DNA of 32,000 nucleotides from Megasphaera elsdenii DSM 20460 (GTDB lineage: Bacteria > Bacillota > Negativicutes > Veillonellales > Megasphaeraceae): NCBI RefSeq assembly GCF_003010495.1, contig NZ_CP027570.1, positions 2,370,001 through 2,402,000 of the forward strand, given 5' to 3'. Both the position numbers and the translations under genes were made by a program. The notes under the pieces were generated by a model. It worked only from the letters and a program-made list of their open reading frames with translations. It did no database searches and was not told where the DNA came from. Positions 27,483 to 32,000 of this stretch are shown piece by piece (the stretch's first letter is position 1; the number at the start of each line of letters is the position of its first letter).

Positions 27483-28220
27483 ATGCCTAGTGCAATGAGT
27501 ATTCATTTTGAATCGGATCATCCTTTTATCGCCGTTCCTTTGGAATGTGAAACCATTGAGGATTTGCAGGACCGGATCGACGAAATTTTGAAGAAACCTT
27601 ATGACATGATTGCTTTTGATGCCGGCCTCTTCAACGGCACCATCAATTTGTCCCAGCTCTGGAACGCCTTGTTATTCATCGCCCGTGACGCAGAACAGCC
27701 GTCGGTACTCTTTTCCTGCGATAAGAGCAAGCTGCCGGAAATGTATCAGACCGACAACGATTATGCCACGATTCTGCGCTTTGCCATCCGCTCGGCCCTC
27801 ATCGACGCGGTCAAAATCGAAGGCAGCCTCGACGAAGATGATATCGACGATATCGCCGGCCAGGCCGTCGACCTGGGCAGTGTCCCCATCATCGTCATCC
27901 GTGCTGACCAAGGCGCAAAGGCCGATGAATTAGTCCAGAAGATGGAAAGCCGCTGGGATTTGGAAGCCAAGACCTTTGAACTGGCCGTCCCCGTCCAGAC
28001 TCAGGAAGACATCCAGGCCCTGGAAGATGCAGCCAAAGCCTTCCACGAAGCCCATCATGACGCAACGGTCATCCCCCATCCTATCGGCAAAATTGCCAAG
28101 GAAGCCATGCTTCGCGGCGACACCTTCGGCGCGCCCCTGCTCTACACGACAGACGGCGAAGAAACAGAAACGTTGCCGACCAGTACAGCTATCCACAAAC
28201 TGCTCCATCCGGAAGAATGA
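27483..28220 (+). CDS. Hypothetical protein resembling type I 3-dehydroquinate dehydratase (AroD) but lacking the catalytic His/Lys
   Basis: 245 aa with a GGAGG RBS. By-eye collinear similarity to AroD blocks: IAVPL..DMIAFD; VLFSCDKSK; AIRSALIDAVKIE; ELAVPVQTQEDIQAL; IGKIAKEAMLRGDTFGAPLLY. The expected ..H-D.. is ..A-D.. and the Schiff-base K is E. Confidence 0.45.
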   Translation: MPSAMSIHFESDHPFIAVPLECETIEDLQDRIDEILKKPYDMIAFDAGLFNGTINLSQLWNALLFIARDAEQPSVLFSCDKSKLPEMYQTDNDYATILRFAIRSALIDAVKIEGSLDEDDIDDIAGQAVDLGSVPIIVIRADQGAKADELVQKMESRWDLEAKTFELAVPVQTQEDIQALEDAAKAFHEAHHDATVIPHPIGKIAKEAMLRGDTFGAPLLYTTDGEETETLPTSTAIHKLLHPEE

Positions 28221-28224
28221 TAGA

Positions 28225-28259
28225 AAAAAGGGCTTGTCGCACGACGACAAGCCCTTTTA
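28225..28259. terminator. Bidirectional terminator (27483 gene / gatB)
   Basis: AAAAAA, GGGCTTGTCG, CACGA, CGACAAGCCC, TTTT. Confidence 0.85.
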
Positions 28260-28280
28260 AGTGGTTAGTCCCTTTTTCTT

Positions 28281-29720
28281 TTACTGCAAATTCTTAGTCA
28301 ACAGCTGGTTGACGACGCCCGGGTTGGCCCGGCCTTTGGTTTCTTTCATGATCTGGCCGACGAGGAAGCCGATGGCTTTCTTCTTGCCTGCCTTATAGTC
28401 AGCCACGGACTGCGGGTTGGCGGCGATGACTTTCTTGACCATGTCTTCCAGGGCCCCTGTATCAGTAATCTGGACCAGGCCCTGTTCTTTGACGACGACA
28501 TCAGCCGATTTGCCGGATTCCCACATTTCCGGCAGGACTTTCTTGGCAATCTTGCCGGAGATAGTCCCTTTGGCGATGAGCTTCAAGAGACCAGCCAGGT
28601 CAGCCGGTTTGACTGGCGAAGCCGTGATGTCGACGTTTTCTTCGTTCAATTTCTTGGCAAATTCGCCGAGCATCCAGTTGGCCGCTTCTTTGGCGTCGAC
28701 GCCTTCTTTGACGACAGCTTCGAAGTAATCAGCCGTCTGTTTTTCCAGGGTCAGCAAGTTGGCATCGTATTCGGACAAGCCCAGTTCATCCTGGAAGCGC
28801 TGGCAGCGGGCATCGGGCATTTCCGGCAGTTCCTGACGGACCTGTTCGATGTATTCCGGCGAAACTTCGATAGGAATGAGGTCCGGTTCCGGGAAGTAAC
28901 GGTAGTCGCTGTCCCCTTCCTTGACACGCTGGAGGATGGTAATGCCCTTGGCTTCATCCCAGCCGCGCGTAGCCTGCTGGATGGTGCCGCCTTCGTCGAG
29001 GATCTGTGCCTGGCGGACGGCTTCGTATTCAATGCCCTTCTGGACGGCACTGAAGGAGTTGATGTTCTTGATTTCCGTCTTGGTCCCCAATTTGTCCGAA
29101 CCGACGGGACGGACAGAAATGTTGGCGTCGCAGCGCATACTGCCTTCTTCCAGACGGCAGTCGGAAACGCCGAGATACTGCATGATGGAGCGCAGTTTTT
29201 CCAGATAGGCTCTGGCTTCGGCACCGCTGCGCAGTTCCGGTTCGCCGACGATTTCCAGGAGCGGTACACCCGTCCGGTTATAGTCGACGCTGGTCGAGTC
29301 GGAGTTAGCGATGCTGCCGCCGCTGTGGACGAGCTTGCCTGCGTCTTCTTCCATGTGGATACGGGTCAGATGGATGCGGCGCTGTTTGCCGTCGACGTCG
29401 ATGTCGATGTAACCGCCTTTGCAGATCGGCAGGTCGAACTGGGACGTCTGGAAGTTCTTCGGCAAATCCGGATAGTAGTAGTTCTTGCGGTCGAATTTGC
29501 TGAACGGCAGAATGTCGCAATGCAGGGCCAGGCCGGCTTTGACGGCATAATGTAGAACTTCTTTATTGAGTACGGGCAGGACGCCGGGCAGGCCTAAGCA
29601 GACCGGGCAGACGTGGGTATTCGGTTCGGCACCGAATTCTGTGCTGCAGCCGCAGAAAATCTTCGTTTTCGTTTTTAATTCGACATGGACTTCCAAGCCG
29701 ATAACGGATTCATATTTCAT
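28281..29720 (-). CDS. gatB: Asp-tRNA(Asn)/Glu-tRNA(Gln) amidotransferase subunit B
   Basis: [23 protein letters not shown]... is canonical GatB. Its ATG shares one nucleotide with the gatA stop (TAATG). Confidence 0.95.
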   Translation of the reverse strand: MKYESVIGLEVHVELKTKTKIFCGCSTEFGAEPNTHVCPVCLGLPGVLPVLNKEVLHYAVKAGLALHCDILPFSKFDRKNYYYPDLPKNFQTSQFDLPICKGGYIDIDVDGKQRRIHLTRIHMEEDAGKLVHSGGSIANSDSTSVDYNRTGVPLLEIVGEPELRSGAEARAYLEKLRSIMQYLGVSDCRLEEGSMRCDANISVRPVGSDKLGTKTEIKNINSFSAVQKGIEYEAVRQAQILDEGGTIQQATRGWDEAKGITILQRVKEGDSDYRYFPEPDLIPIEVSPEYIEQVRQELPEMPDARCQRFQDELGLSEYDANLLTLEKQTADYFEAVVKEGVDAKEAANWMLGEFAKKLNEENVDITASPVKPADLAGLLKLIAKGTISGKIAKKVLPEMWESGKSADVVVKEQGLVQITDTGALEDMVKKVIAANPQSVADYKAGKKKAIGFLVGQIMKETKGRANPGVVNQLLTKNLQ

Positions 29721-31177
29721 TAAAGTTCAACCTCCCCCATGGGCGACGGCTTGCGAAGGTCCGTCCGATTCTGTTCAAACGTATAGGCCACGCGAAGCAG
29801 TGTGGCTTCGTCCAGGGCCTTGCCGATGAGCTGCATGCCGATGGGCAGGCCGTCTTTGTAGCCGCAGGGAATGCTGAGGCCCGGCAGGCCAGCCAGGTTC
29901 AACGTAACCGTGCAGACGTCGCCGAGGTACATAGCCAGCGGATTGTCGCTGTTCTGACCAATCTTGAAGGCTGTGTCCGGCGCCGTCGGCGTGAGCAGGA
30001 CGTCGCATTTCTTCAAAGCTTCGTCGTAGTCCTGTTTGATCAGGGTACGGACTTTCATAGCCCGCAGATAATAGGCATCGTAATAGCCCGAGCTGAGGAC
30101 GTAGGTCCCGAGGAGGATACGGCGTTTGACTTCGTCGCCAAAGCCTTCAGTACGGGTCTTGATGTACATGTCGACGATATCCTTGCCGTCGACGCGCATA
30201 CCAAAACCGACGCCGTCGTAACGGGCCAGGTTGGAGCTGGCTTCGGCCGGCGCGATGATATAGTACGCAGCGATACCGTATTTCATGTGCGGCATGCTGA
30301 CCGGTACGATTTCGGCACCGAGTTCCTTATACGTTTCGATAGCGTCTTCCAAAGCCTTGCGGCAGGTAGCGTCGAGGCCTTCGCCGAAGAATTCTTCGGG
30401 GACGCCGATTTTCATGCCCTTGACGTCATTGACCAAAGCCTGTTTGTAGTCTTTTTCGGCCTGGGGAATGGACGTCGAGTCCTTGGCGTCATGACCGGCA
30501 ACGGCATTGAGGACGATGGCGCAGTCTTCGACGTCATTCGTGAAAGTACCGATCTGGTCCAGGGACGAAGCGAAGGCGATGAGGCCGTAACGGGAAATGA
30601 GGCCGTATGTCGGTTTGAGGCCGACGACACCGCAGTAGGAAGCCGGCTGGCGGACGGATCCGCCAGTATCCGAGCCGAGGGCCCAGACCGTTTCACCCGA
30701 AGCGACAGCAGCCGCCGAACCGCCGGAAGAACCGCCGGGGACGCAATCGAGGTTCCACGGATTGTGAGTCAGCTGGAAAGCCGAGTTTTCCGTCGAGCTG
30801 CCCATGGCAAATTCGTCCATGTTGGTCTTGCCCAGGCTGACGTAATCAGCTGCCATCAATTTGTCGATGACCGTCGCATTGTACGGCGATTTGAAATTTT
30901 CCAACATCTTCGAAGCACACGTAGCCTTCTGGCCTTTGATGCAGATGTTATCCTTAATGGCACCGGGGACACCGGCAAGGTCACTGATTGTTTCGCCAGC
31001 TGCGATTTTAGCATCGACAGCGGCAGCCGCTTCCAGGGCATATTCGCGGTTATCCGACAAGAATGCCTGTACTTTCGGTTCTACTGTATCTTTATGTGCA
31101 AGAAAAGCCTTGGTCAATTCGACAGCCGATACGTCGCCGTTGACCAGTTTTTCATGCAGTTCATGGATTGTTAACAT
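29720..31177 (-). CDS. gatA: Asp-tRNA(Asn)/Glu-tRNA(Gln) amidotransferase subunit A
   Basis: Amidase signature ([12 protein letters not shown]) and a typical GatA N-terminus. Confidence 0.95.
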   Translation of the reverse strand: MLTIHELHEKLVNGDVSAVELTKAFLAHKDTVEPKVQAFLSDNREYALEAAAAVDAKIAAGETISDLAGVPGAIKDNICIKGQKATCASKMLENFKSPYNATVIDKLMAADYVSLGKTNMDEFAMGSSTENSAFQLTHNPWNLDCVPGGSSGGSAAAVASGETVWALGSDTGGSVRQPASYCGVVGLKPTYGLISRYGLIAFASSLDQIGTFTNDVEDCAIVLNAVAGHDAKDSTSIPQAEKDYKQALVNDVKGMKIGVPEEFFGEGLDATCRKALEDAIETYKELGAEIVPVSMPHMKYGIAAYYIIAPAEASSNLARYDGVGFGMRVDGKDIVDMYIKTRTEGFGDEVKRRILLGTYVLSSGYYDAYYLRAMKVRTLIKQDYDEALKKCDVLLTPTAPDTAFKIGQNSDNPLAMYLGDVCTVTLNLAGLPGLSIPCGYKDGLPIGMQLIGKALDEATLLRVAYTFEQNRTDLRKPSPMGEVEL

Positions 31178-31192
31178 ACATACGCCTCCCTG

Positions 31193-31483
31193 TTAATCCT
31201 GGATGACTTTCGGAACTTTGAAATAGCCATCAGCCTGTTCCGGCGCATTCTGAAGCGCTTTTTCATTGGCCAGCGACGGCTGGGGAACGTCGTCGCGCAT
31301 GACGTTGGACATAGATACGGCATGGGCCGTCGGTTTGACATCGGTCACATCGACCTGGCTCAAGAGATCCATGTACGATAAAATGTCGTTCAGCTGTTTC
31401 CCGACCGTTTCCATCTGGTCTTCCTTGACTTCCAGGCGGGACAACAGTGCGATCTTCTTTATTTCTTCGGCACTGATTTTCAT
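31193..31483 (-). CDS. gatC: Asp-tRNA(Asn)/Glu-tRNA(Gln) amidotransferase subunit C
   Basis: MKISAEEIKKIALLSRLEV... is typical GatC (96 aa). AGGAG lies 7 nt upstream of the ATG at 31483. The ORF-track extension to 31546 is unsupported. Confidence 0.9.
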   Translation of the reverse strand: MKISAEEIKKIALLSRLEVKEDQMETVGKQLNDILSYMDLLSQVDVTDVKPTAHAVSMSNVMRDDVPQPSLANEKALQNAPEQADGYFKVPKVIQD

Positions 31484-31512
31484 ACTGACACTCCTTGCAG
31501 ATATTTTTAGCG

Positions 31513-31535
31513 TGACAAATCGGAATCGTTTGTCA
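31513..31535. promoter_or_regulatory. Inverted repeat TGACAAA-N9-TTTGTCA upstream of gatC (operator or 5'-UTR hairpin)
   Basis: Read directly. It lies 30-52 nt upstream of the gatC ATG. Confidence 0.35.
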
Positions 31536-31644
31536 AAATTCAACACATATATAATTTAATCACCTTTTGCCATATTTTGCAAGCCTCGGAGCCAATACCG
31601 CAGGTAGCAGACGGCAAACGAGGCTGCCCACCAAGACAGCCTCG

Positions 31645-31668
31645 TTTTGCGTTTGCAGTTTGCAGTAA
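31645..31668. repeat. Tandem 7-nt repeat, 3 units (TTTGCGT TTGCAGT TTGCAGT)
   Basis: Read directly. It follows the hairpin AAACGAGGCTG..CAGCCTCGTTT (31611..31641). Confidence 0.6.
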
Positions 31669-31677
31669 ATATCAACT

Positions 31678-31962
31678 CATCGCCTGTATGCGATACCGTA
31701 GGGGACGTCCCAGAGCCTTTTTGTCCCATCCGATGCAGGACGATTCCCCCAACGGATAGCAGCGGCGGGCGGCCCGCTACGCGCTGAGGGCTTCCCGAAG
31801 CGTCGTTGTCAATTTGAGTCTGTTGCGGCACAGCCGCATCTGACTCGTAGGGGCGTACACGTAGCGCGCCCGCTTTTGAACTCCGTAAATAACCGTGACT
31901 GCGTTCTTTTCCATCGCCTGACTGCGATACCGTAGGGGACGCCTAAAAGGCGTCCCGCCATG
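31678..31962. repeat. Cluster of REP-like elements: a 30-nt direct repeat (31678..31707 and 31912..31941, 28/30) ending in CGTAGGGGACG, with the palindrome GGGACGCC-taaaa-GGCGTCCC at 31936..31956
   Basis: Read directly. It is the same element family as 8247..8272, in the opposite orientation. Confidence 0.7.
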
Positions 31963-32000
31963 AATCCTGTGCCTAGCCGGAATTTATGACGAATGGCACG

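Noticed and set aside
31556-31831. 91-aa minus-strand ORF and 60-aa plus-strand ORF in the gap upstream of gatC
   Set aside because: They overlap REP-like palindromes and direct repeats. They have no RBS, and the composition is not protein-like.

Overview
Chromosomal segment of a Firmicutes-type genome (T-box leader, GatCAB, DUF4321-maf-radC; the lineage guess is low confidence). GC-rich housekeeping genes sit beside a subtype I-C CRISPR locus. Left end, all on the minus strand: an AT-rich gap and leader (3477-~3940), then a 40-repeat array (827..3476), then cas4 (31..696), then the first 11 codons of cas1 (1..34). No effector genes (cas3/5/7/8c) are in the window. The most interesting element lies in the AT-rich gap upstream of the leader. 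It is a free-standing crRNA-like gene with an extended -10 promoter, one diverged repeat that keeps the exact 5'-handle nucleotides, a spacer-like segment and an intrinsic terminator. Its first 18 nt match a TTC-flanked site about 60 bp away, with mismatches only at positions 6 and 12. That is the pattern expected for a Cascade-guided transcriptional regulator or antitoxin-like RNA rather than an interference guide. The rest of the window is ordinary. It holds a T-box (probable Leu/CUC specifier) controlling a YkvI-like permease, and thiC with a TPP riboswitch. It also holds a SIMPL protein, purC, potABCD, a lytic transglycosylase and a divergent adenine deaminase / NCS2 purine permease pair. 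Further genes are a C_GCAxxG protein, a TVP38 protein, an EamA transporter, thrC, ppx/gppA, an EFR1-type ferredoxin, radC-maf-DUF4321, glnS, an AroD-like protein lacking the catalytic residues, and gatCAB. Several intergenic regions carry a dispersed palindromic element and 7-nt tandem repeats of variable copy number. All calls come from reading the sequence and ORF translations; no database search was possible.
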